This document shows, one piece after another, positions 29,842-39,287 of a DNA stretch of 64,000 nt. The position numbers were made by a program, and so were the translations under genes. The notes under the pieces are model-generated. The model was not told the origin of the DNA. It ran no database searches and saw only the letters and a list, made by a program, of their open reading frames with translations. Each line of letters starts with the position of its first letter. The stretch's first letter is position 1. The stretch comes from Flavobacteriales bacterium (GTDB taxonomy: Bacteria > Bacteroidota > Bacteroidia > Flavobacteriales_F > PHOS-HE28), in assembly GCA_031411095.1 (NCBI GenBank), contig JANOAK010000023.1:13896-77895 (forward strand), read 5' to 3'.

Positions 29842-30542
29842 AGAAGGACCATCGAAAGGAAGTCCTAGCCCTGTGGAAGCTGAGGTCCAAGGCGGAGAAG
29901 AAGGCGCGCAAGGGAGGCAACACCGACCCCGGTCTTCGCGCAGGCGTGACTTCTGGCCGACACTTGGACCCCTTGTCCCAGCTGATGCGAAGCATCTTCA
30001 TCGATGCGGGCATACCGGCGGCGGATGTGCATTGCGGGAGCACGAACTTGGAGATACCCGGATTCTATCGACCGCAGAAGAAGTGGGATGTGGTAGTAGT
30101 ACACAAGGGTGTACTGGTGGCGGCCGTGGAGTTCAAGAGCATTTTGGGTAGCTACGGCAACAACATGAACAACCGTACCGAGGAATCCCTGGGGAACGCT
30201 ACTGATCTGCTAGAAGCCGCCGAACAAGGCCTCATCGGCACAAGACCGCCGTGGCTGGGCTTCGTCTTCTTCATGCAGGATGATGAGCGCTCCCGCAAAG
30301 GAGGCAAGAGCGCCAAGCAACCGCATTTCAGTATCGATCCCGAATTCGTTGGCGCGAACTATCAGAGCCGCGCTTCGATCTGGTTGCGGCGCTTGCTGAT
30401 GAAGCGGCTCTACAACGCTGCTTGGTATGCATTGGTCGATCCTGCACAGGGTGTGGAGGGTGTGCGCGAGCCGGATGCCGAACTAAGTTGGGCCAAGTTC
30501 GAGGCAGCGATACGTGGAAGGGTTGGGGAGGTGTTGGCGTAG
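29838..30542 (+). CDS. Putative type II restriction endonuclease (PaeR7I/XhoI-like size and context)
   Basis: ATGA overlap with the MTase stop. 234 aa, acidic/Lys-rich core. Assignment rests on synteny and size, not on a recognised catalytic motif. Confidence 0.45.
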   Translation: MKKDHRKEVLALWKLRSKAEKKARKGGNTDPGLRAGVTSGRHLDPLSQLMRSIFIDAGIPAADVHCGSTNLEIPGFYRPQKKWDVVVVHKGVLVAAVEFKSILGSYGNNMNNRTEESLGNATDLLEAAEQGLIGTRPPWLGFVFFMQDDERSRKGGKSAKQPHFSIDPEFVGANYQSRASIWLRRLLMKRLYNAAWYALVDPAQGVEGVREPDAELSWAKFEAAIRGRVGEVLA

Positions 30543-30625
30543 GGTTTTCACGCCCTACGCATGACAGGTCGTTGGTGACTCCAAAATGGCACGGGCTTTT
30601 CTATCGCAGGCCTATCCATATCGCC

Positions 30626-31243
30626 ATGACAGCAATCCGGCACGCACTTCAAGGAGCAAGGGAGCAGTTCGACTTCTGTACGCATGCACTGTCGTACTTT
30701 GAGAAGAAGGATGAATCATCCCGGAAGGTTGGAGCGAACGTCATTCTTCAGTCCGGCCGTGCTATCACGTATGGCATGGAGACCTTGGCCAAAGCCAGCC
30801 ATGAATTCGCGACGTGGTACAGGCCATATGGAGCTGAGCTGCATGCTGATCCCATTCTGAAGTATTTCCGGGAAGTCCGGAATGTGATTGTTCACCGGTC
30901 TGGCAGGATTGAGTTGAACCACATCTCAACCGTACCCATTAATGACCCCAAGCCAGGAGCCATCGAGGAACTCATCGCCGACGGTTCGACCATTGACCAT
31001 ATGAACATCGACTTTCTCAAGAACAGGAGATACTTGGTTGTCCGAACCCCCTATGGAAGGCGGGAAGAGAGGGACGTTCCTCAAAGGCGGGAAGGACCGT
31101 GGTGGCTGTTGGTCGATGTACAATCCTACTTCAAAGACGCCCCAGTGGAGTTCGCGGGCGTAACAGTGGTTGAAAGTTGCCAGCGGTATGTGCGTTTCCT
31201 TGGTCGTCTAATCCAGGATGCTGAAGTCAGGTTTGGCATGTAG
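30626..31243 (+). CDS. Hypothetical protein (possible HEPN-like Rx4H motif), island cargo
   Basis: Lower-GC ORF after the R-M pair. RNVIVH motif. No confident homology. Confidence 0.35.
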   Translation: MTAIRHALQGAREQFDFCTHALSYFEKKDESSRKVGANVILQSGRAITYGMETLAKASHEFATWYRPYGAELHADPILKYFREVRNVIVHRSGRIELNHISTVPINDPKPGAIEELIADGSTIDHMNIDFLKNRRYLVVRTPYGRREERDVPQRREGPWWLLVDVQSYFKDAPVEFAGVTVVESCQRYVRFLGRLIQDAEVRFGM

Positions 31244-31315
31244 TACGAAATGCGAGGCTACGAGTCACAGACTCACGGCAGTGGAGGGAGCAAAACTGCC
31301 GTATGCATGACCGAG

Positions 31316-31348
31316 CTGGGGACTGGCAAGAAGAAGGGGAGGAGGTAG
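31316..31348 (+). repeat. ~35-bp direct repeat copy B
   Basis: CTGGGGACTGGCAAGAAGAAGGGGAGGAGGTAG. Intergenic, between the hypothetical gene and the RusA-like gene. Confidence 0.7.
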
Positions 31349-31408
31349 ACTGGGGAGTAAGTTCGAAGACGCCGGGGCTCCACCTCGGGACACCATGGCG
31401 GATTAGAC

Positions 31409-31873
31409 TCACGTAGAGTCCTGCCGTCGAACACAGAAGAAAATGCCCGGTGGCTCTTGGACGTGTTTAGAAGCTTCGATGTGAAAGACCTGCTTGTCAT
31501 CGACAAACAGTATACCCTTCACACAATCAAGAAGCGTCTTGACCATATTGTCCAGGTCAACACGTTGCACGTATTCCCTGGGGCCATTGATTGAGATCAA
31601 GACATTCAGTCTCTCTTGGTACGGCATATCAGCATCGCGCCCCAGTAATTCGACCTGCTTCCTAAGAGCTTCAACGAAGGGCCGATACCGTTCCTTTCGG
31701 TTCTTCATTTGGCCCGTTGGCAACGGAGTGTCAAGAATGGCCATAAACACCTTCTCCCACCCCACCGTGTAAAAGGTAGCCGGCGATTCTAGTCTATCCT
31801 CCTCGGGAATCTCCTCCGGTGGAATGGAGGAGACCTGTCCCTCGCGGAGAAAGTCGAGCATTCGGGGTTTCAT
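31409..31873 (-). CDS. RusA-like Holliday-junction resolvase (endodeoxyribonuclease)
   Basis: ...VDLDNMVKTLLDCVKGILFVDDKQVFHIEASK matches the RusA catalytic Asp cluster. Typical phage/island gene. Confidence 0.5.
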   Translation of the reverse strand: MKPRMLDFLREGQVSSIPPEEIPEEDRLESPATFYTVGWEKVFMAILDTPLPTGQMKNRKERYRPFVEALRKQVELLGRDADMPYQERLNVLISINGPREYVQRVDLDNMVKTLLDCVKGILFVDDKQVFHIEASKHVQEPPGIFFCVRRQDST

Positions 31874-31922
31874 GGCCGATAAAGATAACTGGACACAATT
31901 GCTCCATTGCGCAGGCGAGCGA

Positions 31923-31958
31923 CCGCTTCACAACGGGGACTACGCAAGAAGAAGGGGC
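31923..31958 (+). repeat. ~35-bp direct repeat copy C
   Basis: ACGGGGACTACGCAAGAAGAAGGGGCGGAAGTAGAG. Intergenic, between the RusA-like and HNH-domain genes. Confidence 0.7.
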
Positions 31959-31983
31959 GGAAGTAGAGCGGGATGGTGGCTGG

Positions 31984-33156
31984 TCAGCCGCGCTTGCCGG
32001 TTGCAGGGTTGAGGCGATGCAGAACCCAAGGAGTTATCACTTCCATTATCGACTTAACCACTTCATCAATCATCGCAGTGGTAATAGTTGTGCCGTCCGG
32101 GTATTTTCCGAGGGATTGCTGAATGGCTCGCCCGATGAGACCTTCCCGATGACTGTCTTCTTGCCTCTCCATAGCAATTGAGAGGACACGATGAAATCTC
32201 CGGCGCACCTCGTCAAACGGTTTGGCATCCTTGCGGATGAAGAGGTCAGTAAGCTGGTCCCGGGTATAACGAAGCGATATTGTTCGGTCTCTCTCAAGGT
32301 TCGCCACGACGTCGTACACGTACGTCTTGTCCAGTTCTCTACCGTCATAGTTGTCGTTCAATCGCACAATGAAATTGCGAGTGTTGAACAGTTCCACGTA
32401 TGCATAAAGTACCCTTTGCGCCGGATCGCCAACTAGCCGCAAGACATGGCTTACTTCTGTCCGGCCGGATTCATAGATGGGTTTCACGGGATAGTGCATC
32501 CACACAACATCTTGATCGTTGCTCCCTTCCACATAAGGCAACAGATGAGCGATGTGTTTCCTCAGACCACCTCGGTAAGTGAAGTAGCCGATCGCGATCT
32601 TGGTAATTGCACGGAAGACCTCCTTACTTCCCACATTAGCTTCAAAGTGGATCCTATCATCCAGATAGTCCTGCGACCGAGTAGCGGACTTGATTGCCGC
32701 CTCAACATCCAACTGAGCATATTTGCGCTTAAACCCGTTTAGGATCCTGCGAAACTCGCTCTCATCTCTTGCTGAGATAGAAATCGTAATCTGGTCGCCA
32801 TCGATTACTTCTTCAACAGTCGGTTTGGCCATTCTAGGGCTTCCATCTCGCTCAAGCGAAACGGCTTCACCGGTTGAGGTCAGCGTCCCTCGTATTGGTT
32901 GTGGCTCTCCTCTATCACGTTTGATGATCAGGAGGTTGGCCAAGTCATTGTTCTGATCGCTCAGCGCATTATCAACCTCAGAGCCAAACCTCGAATTGCA
33001 TGTCCGGCAGAGAATCTTCGCCTTGAGCCATCCTCCACAAGCATTGGGGATGATGTGCTCCTTGCTTGCGTTGGTGCTCGAGAGGATTGTATCGCAACGA
33101 TAGCATCGTTCATTTGGCATTGTTCTATGGTTTGGCCGGTGAAGCAACGAAGGCAT
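31984..33156 (-). CDS. HNH-endonuclease-domain protein with a large uncharacterised C-terminal domain
   Basis: N-terminal CYRCDTILSSTNASKEHIIPNACGG...CRTCNSRFG (C-x2-C...H...C-x2-C HNH signature). Start at 33120 or 33156. Low GC. Confidence 0.6.
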   Translation of the reverse strand: MPSLLHRPNHRTMPNERCYRCDTILSSTNASKEHIIPNACGGWLKAKILCRTCNSRFGSEVDNALSDQNNDLANLLIIKRDRGEPQPIRGTLTSTGEAVSLERDGSPRMAKPTVEEVIDGDQITISISARDESEFRRILNGFKRKYAQLDVEAAIKSATRSQDYLDDRIHFEANVGSKEVFRAITKIAIGYFTYRGGLRKHIAHLLPYVEGSNDQDVVWMHYPVKPIYESGRTEVSHVLRLVGDPAQRVLYAYVELFNTRNFIVRLNDNYDGRELDKTYVYDVVANLERDRTISLRYTRDQLTDLFIRKDAKPFDEVRRRFHRVLSIAMERQEDSHREGLIGRAIQQSLGKYPDGTTITTAMIDEVVKSIMEVITPWVLHRLNPATGKRG

Positions 33157-33306
33157 TGGGATTGAAGTCAGATAGCCGACGTTCTCAGATGTGGCGGAGC
33201 GAAAATGCACGCGCGATAATCAGGACGGTGTAGCGACTGAGCAGGGGCCGGTTGCCTAGGTGGGAGTTCCATTGATGTAAGGGTATCATGCTCTATCTCC
33301 TTCGGC

Positions 33307-36081
33307 CTATCGGTAGAGATCAACAAAGGCCCTTTCCAGTTGAGGATCTCGATGTTCTTGGAGGTGTGCCGAAAGCTGTACGCGGATGGCGTCGTGTTTG
33401 CGCATCTCGGCGAAGTAGTATTTGGTTGGATACGCAGCAATCCACTTTACATCGAACAGCGTATAGTCAAAGCCGGCCATGTCAAGGAGCCAGTCATAGT
33501 AGCTGTCGAAGCCGCGCAAGCCAGAGAATCTCTCGTGCCTAAGGTCGATGCCTTCCTTGAAGCACAGATTGATGAACATATCCAAGATGAGACGGCGTTT
33601 ATCTTCCTCTCCAGACATGGCCGTTCTGAAAGTAGGGTGGTCGTGAACAGGATGGGCGGCTAGGAGCAGCTTGTCGAGGAACTCGTCCTCGACCTGCAGT
33701 ACATCGTGGATAACAGCATCATAGTAGAGGTCTGGTTCAAATCTGTTTCTCAGCCGTGCCTCGATGCTCTGTTCGATCATCCCCCTGGACTCAGCATTGG
33801 ATGAAAGCCGGTGTATCGGAATCAACCAATCGCCTGGATGCTCGTGCTTGCAGAGGGGGCATTTTCCGGTGGTCAGGTCAATGAAGCGTTTAACCTCGGC
33901 TTTGGAAAGGGCCATTTGGCCATGATGTCTCAATGCTTCGGACAGAGCACCAAGCATATTCTCGTCGTGCAACTTCTGGGTCTTGGGAACGCTGCGTAGC
34001 AAGGCCTCCAACGTTGCCTTATCAATCAGTTTGGCCTTCCTGTGTACGAATCGTTGAATGTGTTCAGTGATACCGCGATTGAGCAAGGTGTTGGCACGGA
34101 GAGCCTCTGGTAGCTTGCGGGCAATTACATTCACATCGGCTGCATTCAAGTTCGATAGCGACGCTAGTACGAAGAGGTTGTCGACCAATGTGTTGTACTT
34201 CTGAATGAAGGACGTGTTGGTCTTGCCAAACGACTTCCTGAAAGCCTTGGCCACTTCAATGGCATCATCGAGAATTCGAGTAATCACGGCCACTAACGAT
34301 TCGCCGGACGAGGCCGATGGTTTGTACTGAATCTCCTTGAGATGGTGGCGATGGAAGTGTTTCAGAATGCGCTTCGGTTCGCTGTGCCATACCAATTTGT
34401 TAATTATCCAGTCGTCAAAATGGGGCAAACGACTCTTCTGCTCAGGTGCAATAGCATGCGAGGCGAAGAGACCCTCGCTGAAAATGTCCGTAATCTGGCG
34501 GTACTCATCGAAGCAATCGAAGTACACGAAGTCCTTGCTCAGGAATTCATCCAGGTCAGCGTAGTCCTTGATCAACTCACTGATGTGACTGTTCGAGCTC
34601 CAGCCACCCCGTAGCTGGCTATGATAGTGGTCCCGTATCTCAGTGACCGTCTTGTACAAGACATACATCGTTTCCGAATGGAAACGCCCCTTGTCGATCC
34701 ATTCGTGAAAGCGACTGTTTTTGTCCGCCTTCGGCAGGGTCATTCGAATCGCCGCAAGATCTATCGTGGCGAGTCGTTCGATTAACGCGGTAGGCTCCTG
34801 CTCCCCCCAGTAGTTGTTTCGAAGGTGCGGCCTCAGTTTGGACAAGCTATACGAACTGAGGACGTATTGCGACCACTCCTCTTTGCGCTTATGTTCTGCA
34901 CTTGCTTGCTCAAGCAACTCCGCAGCCTCAACGAAGTTGCCAAGCTTGTAGTGGGAGTAGGCCAAGAGCTGGAGATTGTTCGTCTTGTCGACCCCTATTG
35001 AGATAGCCGCGAAGGCTCCCCGAAAATCCAGTCGATCTATTCGGCACCTCACGCAATCACACTTTACGCTATCACTGTAGCGGACGCTTGCCCACTCGCG
35101 TGACTTGTGAGCAGCGATGTAGAAGACAAGGCTGGACGAAAGGCGCTTGAGGATGTAACGAATCTTTTTCTGCGGATTGGTGACCCCCTTTGTCCAGGAG
35201 CTGTCATTGAACTGCACCTTGCCCGGGCCAGTAATTTTCACGGCCTTGAACAGATCGATCAGCTCCTCATTGTCAACCGTCAGGGTGAATTGATCATGGC
35301 GTGGATGGAATGAACTGCTCACACGGAAAGGATAGCTCCGTGTGAAGTACTCACTTGGCATATGGTGCAGTTCACCGAACCGCTCGAACATGTACCGATA
35401 GAGTTGTTCCAGGATCGGTCGAGTGCGGTCGACGGAAATCTGAACGGTATCCTCTCCAAGAAGATGGCGGCTGCGATCTTGTAGCTGGCGTTCGAACAGA
35501 AATTGCTTGCTTGCTTCGATATCTTTCTTGAGGCTGATCAATCGCTTTGGTAGCAGCCTGCCGTTCTTTCGAAGGCAACGCTGAGGATCAATGCGTATTT
35601 GAATGCTCTCGCCATCCCGACGTGACTGACCGCTGGCAATAGATTCGACTTTGCTTGCATACCCGTGGTCGAAGTCTAGTTGAATGGGGCACCAGTAAAT
35701 GGACTTGGTCTTCAAGTCGCAAACTGTCACAATGCAAACATTTTCGTGGTCTTTGGCGAGATATCGGAGTGTCTCAGCACGATCAATCTTGTGGGTGAGA
35801 AATCCCTTGTTGGCGCCTCTGACCTTCTCTGCTAGCGCCTTGTCAGTTCCCTTGTTCTGGATAAATACCGTTTGTATAAGGTCAAGGGAGGGAAGATCAT
35901 CGGGAGTCTTCGCCGTTGTGTTTTGAAATTCTACGGCAAAGTCGATTCCCCTCTCTTTGTGATATTGGTTAAACTTCAATTCGCTCTTTGTAGACTGAGA
36001 AAGTTCCCGTAACGTACCCTGCATGAGTTCGTTCGCTTCGTCTTCGATCTCATCTGTTGTTTTGGGGCGCTTGTTCATCAA
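33307..36081 (-). CDS. 924-aa protein with N-terminal DUF4365-like (restriction-endonuclease-fold) domain, long alpha-helical middle region and C-terminal Cys-rich motifs
   Basis: N-terminus ...ERGIDFAVEF...VFIQNKGTDK... fits the D-E-(Q)K nuclease-like pattern. No P-loop. CPLCKHEH and CDCVRCR motifs. GC ~50% versus a ~65% background. Same strand as, and adjacent to, the HNH-domain gene. Confidence 0.55.
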   Translation of the reverse strand: MMNKRPKTTDEIEDEANELMQGTLRELSQSTKSELKFNQYHKERGIDFAVEFQNTTAKTPDDLPSLDLIQTVFIQNKGTDKALAEKVRGANKGFLTHKIDRAETLRYLAKDHENVCIVTVCDLKTKSIYWCPIQLDFDHGYASKVESIASGQSRRDGESIQIRIDPQRCLRKNGRLLPKRLISLKKDIEASKQFLFERQLQDRSRHLLGEDTVQISVDRTRPILEQLYRYMFERFGELHHMPSEYFTRSYPFRVSSSFHPRHDQFTLTVDNEELIDLFKAVKITGPGKVQFNDSSWTKGVTNPQKKIRYILKRLSSSLVFYIAAHKSREWASVRYSDSVKCDCVRCRIDRLDFRGAFAAISIGVDKTNNLQLLAYSHYKLGNFVEAAELLEQASAEHKRKEEWSQYVLSSYSLSKLRPHLRNNYWGEQEPTALIERLATIDLAAIRMTLPKADKNSRFHEWIDKGRFHSETMYVLYKTVTEIRDHYHSQLRGGWSSNSHISELIKDYADLDEFLSKDFVYFDCFDEYRQITDIFSEGLFASHAIAPEQKSRLPHFDDWIINKLVWHSEPKRILKHFHRHHLKEIQYKPSASSGESLVAVITRILDDAIEVAKAFRKSFGKTNTSFIQKYNTLVDNLFVLASLSNLNAADVNVIARKLPEALRANTLLNRGITEHIQRFVHRKAKLIDKATLEALLRSVPKTQKLHDENMLGALSEALRHHGQMALSKAEVKRFIDLTTGKCPLCKHEHPGDWLIPIHRLSSNAESRGMIEQSIEARLRNRFEPDLYYDAVIHDVLQVEDEFLDKLLLAAHPVHDHPTFRTAMSGEEDKRRLILDMFINLCFKEGIDLRHERFSGLRGFDSYYDWLLDMAGFDYTLFDVKWIAAYPTKYYFAEMRKHDAIRVQLSAHLQEHRDPQLERAFVDLYR

Positions 36082-36217
36082 TCTCTAATTTGTCGACAAC
36101 TCTTGTTTAAGCGTAACCCGCGTTAGGGACAGCAGTGGAAAGCCCGGAGCCGTCTTCGGCGAGGACTTGGAACGAATGGCCCGACGGCGAGTCTTCGAGC
36201 CGGAACGCCCAAATACT

Positions 36218-39193
36218 TCAAGCCTTCACCACCACCTCCCCAGCCTTCCTCAAATGCCCCTTCCTCGCCTTCCTGATCCTACAACTCACCACCTTGTACT
36301 CGGGGCACATGGCCAGTGAGTCGCTCACGCTGCTGGTGATGAGGTTGAGCATCATTTCCGGGAAGTGGAACGTGCTGCTTAGGATGCCGGGCTTCACCTC
36401 GTCGGTGATCAGCGCCTTGATGTCCACTTTGCCGCGCGCGCTTTCCACGCAGACCATGTCGCCCTCGGCGATGCCGTGCTTGGCGGCGTCGGCGGGGTTG
36501 ATCATAAGCACGTCCTCGGTGAGGATGGCGCCATTGCCGGTGCGCCGCGTCATGGCGCCGCAGTTGTAGTGCTCCAGCTCGCGGTTGGTGGTGATGATGT
36601 AGGGGAATTCCGCCTGGTTGGCCTTCACCTCGGGGCTCATCTCCCACGCGTTGAAGTAGAAGTGGCCGAGGCCGCGCTTGAAGGTGTCGGTGTGCAGGAT
36701 CTTGGTGTCGGTGCCGTCGGCGTTCACGGGCCATTGCTTGCCTTGCTCGCCGAGCTCGTCCCACTTCACGCCTTTGAAGAACGGTGCGATGCGGCTGATC
36801 TCTTGCAGGATCCATTCGGGGTGGTACACTACAGGGGCGCCTGCCTGCCGGTCAGGCAGGTTGCCGCTCTTGCGACCGGTCTTCGCCGCGTAGCGCTCCA
36901 TGATGTCGCAGATGATCTGGCCATCGGGCTTGGTGCCTTCCACCGGAGCCACGGCGGCGTTCACGCGTTGGATGCGGCGCTCGCCGTTGGTGAAGGTGCC
37001 GCTCTTCTCCAGGAAGCTTGCGCCGGGTAATACGACGTGTGCGAGCTTGGCGGTCTCGGTCATGAAGAGCTCCTGCACCACGAAGAGGTCGAGCGCGCCG
37101 AGGGCCTTGCGCACGTGGTTGGTGTTGGGATCCGTCTGGCCCATGTCCTCACCGCATACCCACATCGCTTTCAGGGTGCCGGCGAGCGCGGCATCATACA
37201 TCTGCGGGATCTTCTTGCCGACGACGTTCGGCACGTGTACGCCATAGAAGTCGTCGTAGAGCTTGCTGTACTCCGGCGTGTCCACGGCGAAGTAGCCGGC
37301 GCCCTGGTGCGGCTGGCAGCCCATGTCGGCGGCGCCCTGCACGTTGTTCTGTCCGCGCAGTGGGTTCACGCCCACGCCGCGGCGGCCGATGTTGCCGGTC
37401 ATCATGGCGATGTCAGCGATCTGCATCACGGTGAATGTGCCCTGGTAATGTTCGGTGACGCCCAAGCCGTGGAAGCTCATGGCAGCGGGTGAGCTGGCGT
37501 AGGCGATCGCCGCTTGGCGCACCAACTCGCGGTCCACACCCGTGACCTTCTCCATCTCGGCGATGTCGGTGCTGAGCAGTTCCTTCTTGAAGTCTTCGTA
37601 GCCCTCCGTGCGCGTGTCGATGAACTCCTGCTTCACCAGGCCCTCGCTCACGATGTAGTACATGAACATGTTGAGCAGTGCCACGTTAGTACCCGGGCGC
37701 AACTGCAGGTGGTACTTCGCGTAGCGGGCCAGTTCGGTGCGGCGCGGGTCGATCACGATGAGGGTCTTCCCCTTCATGATCTGCTGCTTGATCTTGGCGC
37801 CGGTGACCGGGTGCGCGTCCGTTGGGTTCGCACCGATGATCATGATCAGCTGCGTGTCCTTCAGGTCGTCGATGCTGTTCGTCGCAGCACCGGTGCCGAA
37901 GGTCTTCTGCATGCCGAGGGCCGTTGGGCTGTGGCACACGCGCGCGCAACTGTCGATGTTGTTGGTGCCCACCTGCACGCGGAAGAATTTCTGCATGAGG
38001 TAGTTCTCCTCGTTCGGGCAGCGCGCGCTGCTCACGCCGGCCAGCGCATCGGGTCCGTGCTTCTCTACGATGTCGGCGAAGCGGTCCACGATGAAGTCAT
38101 AGGCTTCGTCCCAGGTGGCCGGTACCAATTCTCCCCCCGGGCTCCCGACCCGGGGCTTCCGGATGAGCGGAGTGCGGAGGCGCTCCGGATGATCATAGAA
38201 GTGGAAAGCATAGCGGCCTTTCAAGCAGGTATGCCCCTGGTTCGATTCCGCATCGTAGGGCGCGGTGATGGCGACGACCTTGTTGTCCTTCACCTTCACT
38301 TCCAGGTTGCAGCCCACGCCGCAATAGGTGCACACGCTGCGCACCACCTCATCGGCCTTGGTCTCCTTGCTCTTGAACACATCGGTGATGGCGCTTGTGG
38401 GGCAGGCCTGCGCACAGGCGCCGCAGCTCACGCAATCGCTCTTGAAGAAGCTCTCGTCGGTGCCCTTGGCGATGTGGTTGTCGAAGCCGCGGCCGGCCAT
38501 CGTGAGCACGAACTCGCCCTGCACTTCGTCGCAGGCGCGCACGCAGCGGTAGCAGCTGATGCACGCGCTGAGGTCGCTCACCATGTACGGATGGCTCGTG
38601 TCCATCGGCGTGCTCAGGTGGTTCTTCCCTTTCGGGTAGCGCACCTGGAGAGCCTGCCCCGGGCCTGACCCGGGGAAGCCGATCTGCTGGACGACGTTGT
38701 AGAGCTCGTTCGCGCCGTGGTCCTCCTTCTTCAGCCGCTCGGTGTCGTAGTCGGTGAGCACCAGCTCGATGATGTTCTTCCGCAGCCGCTCCATGCGCGG
38801 GCTGTTGATGGTGATGTACATGCCTTTGCCAACGGGCGTGTGGCAACTGGCCATCACTTTCGCAGGCGTGAACATCATCTCCGGCGGGCCGTCGCCTGAG
38901 CCGATATCCGCGTTCGCCGGCGTTGGCACTTGCAGCTGCACTTCCACGGAACACACGCGACAGCTACCGAAGGGTTCCAAGTTCGGTGCATCACACAACG
39001 TGGGAACAGGGTTCGGGCCGATATGCCGGCGCATGAAGGCCAGCATCGTTTCGTTCTTGTTGATCGGGTACGCCTTGCCGTCGATGTAGGCGACGTCGAC
39101 CTCGGTGGCCACGGCGTTGGACGAGGCGGGAGCAGACTGCTGGCGCGCGGAAGGAGGGGCGCTGGTGCCGGTCTTGGCTTGGGGCGTGTTCAT
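36218..39193 (-). CDS. Formate dehydrogenase alpha subunit (molybdopterin oxidoreductase with N-terminal 2Fe-2S/4Fe-4S domains; FdsA/FdhF-like)
   Basis: 2Fe-2S region, CxxCxxCxxxCP 4Fe-4S motifs, MopB catalytic region (TYCGVGCNLEV...). ORF extends to 39295 but the start is likely at 39193 (MNTPQAK), which avoids overlap with the cyclase gene. Confidence 0.85.
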   Translation of the reverse strand: MNTPQAKTGTSAPPSARQQSAPASSNAVATEVDVAYIDGKAYPINKNETMLAFMRRHIGPNPVPTLCDAPNLEPFGSCRVCSVEVQLQVPTPANADIGSGDGPPEMMFTPAKVMASCHTPVGKGMYITINSPRMERLRKNIIELVLTDYDTERLKKEDHGANELYNVVQQIGFPGSGPGQALQVRYPKGKNHLSTPMDTSHPYMVSDLSACISCYRCVRACDEVQGEFVLTMAGRGFDNHIAKGTDESFFKSDCVSCGACAQACPTSAITDVFKSKETKADEVVRSVCTYCGVGCNLEVKVKDNKVVAITAPYDAESNQGHTCLKGRYAFHFYDHPERLRTPLIRKPRVGSPGGELVPATWDEAYDFIVDRFADIVEKHGPDALAGVSSARCPNEENYLMQKFFRVQVGTNNIDSCARVCHSPTALGMQKTFGTGAATNSIDDLKDTQLIMIIGANPTDAHPVTGAKIKQQIMKGKTLIVIDPRRTELARYAKYHLQLRPGTNVALLNMFMYYIVSEGLVKQEFIDTRTEGYEDFKKELLSTDIAEMEKVTGVDRELVRQAAIAYASSPAAMSFHGLGVTEHYQGTFTVMQIADIAMMTGNIGRRGVGVNPLRGQNNVQGAADMGCQPHQGAGYFAVDTPEYSKLYDDFYGVHVPNVVGKKIPQMYDAALAGTLKAMWVCGEDMGQTDPNTNHVRKALGALDLFVVQELFMTETAKLAHVVLPGASFLEKSGTFTNGERRIQRVNAAVAPVEGTKPDGQIICDIMERYAAKTGRKSGNLPDRQAGAPVVYHPEWILQEISRIAPFFKGVKWDELGEQGKQWPVNADGTDTKILHTDTFKRGLGHFYFNAWEMSPEVKANQAEFPYIITTNRELEHYNCGAMTRRTGNGAILTEDVLMINPADAAKHGIAEGDMVCVESARGKVDIKALITDEVKPGILSSTFHFPEMMLNLITSSVSDSLAMCPEYKVVSCRIRKARKGHLRKAGEVVVKA

Positions 39194-39287
39194 GGCGAAG
39201 GCGAATGGAACGTGCTCCACGAAGATAGCGGTGCGGCCTGCCCCGACGATGTTCAATGACCGGTCACGCCCTTGCGACGAAGCCCGC

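Larger units (their letters stand above)
27480..36130. mobile_element. Lower-GC horizontally acquired island (R-M, RusA, nuclease-domain proteins)
   Basis: Compositional shift. Restriction-modification, resolvase and nuclease-like cargo. Internal direct repeats. No integrase is seen inside the window. Confidence 0.5.
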
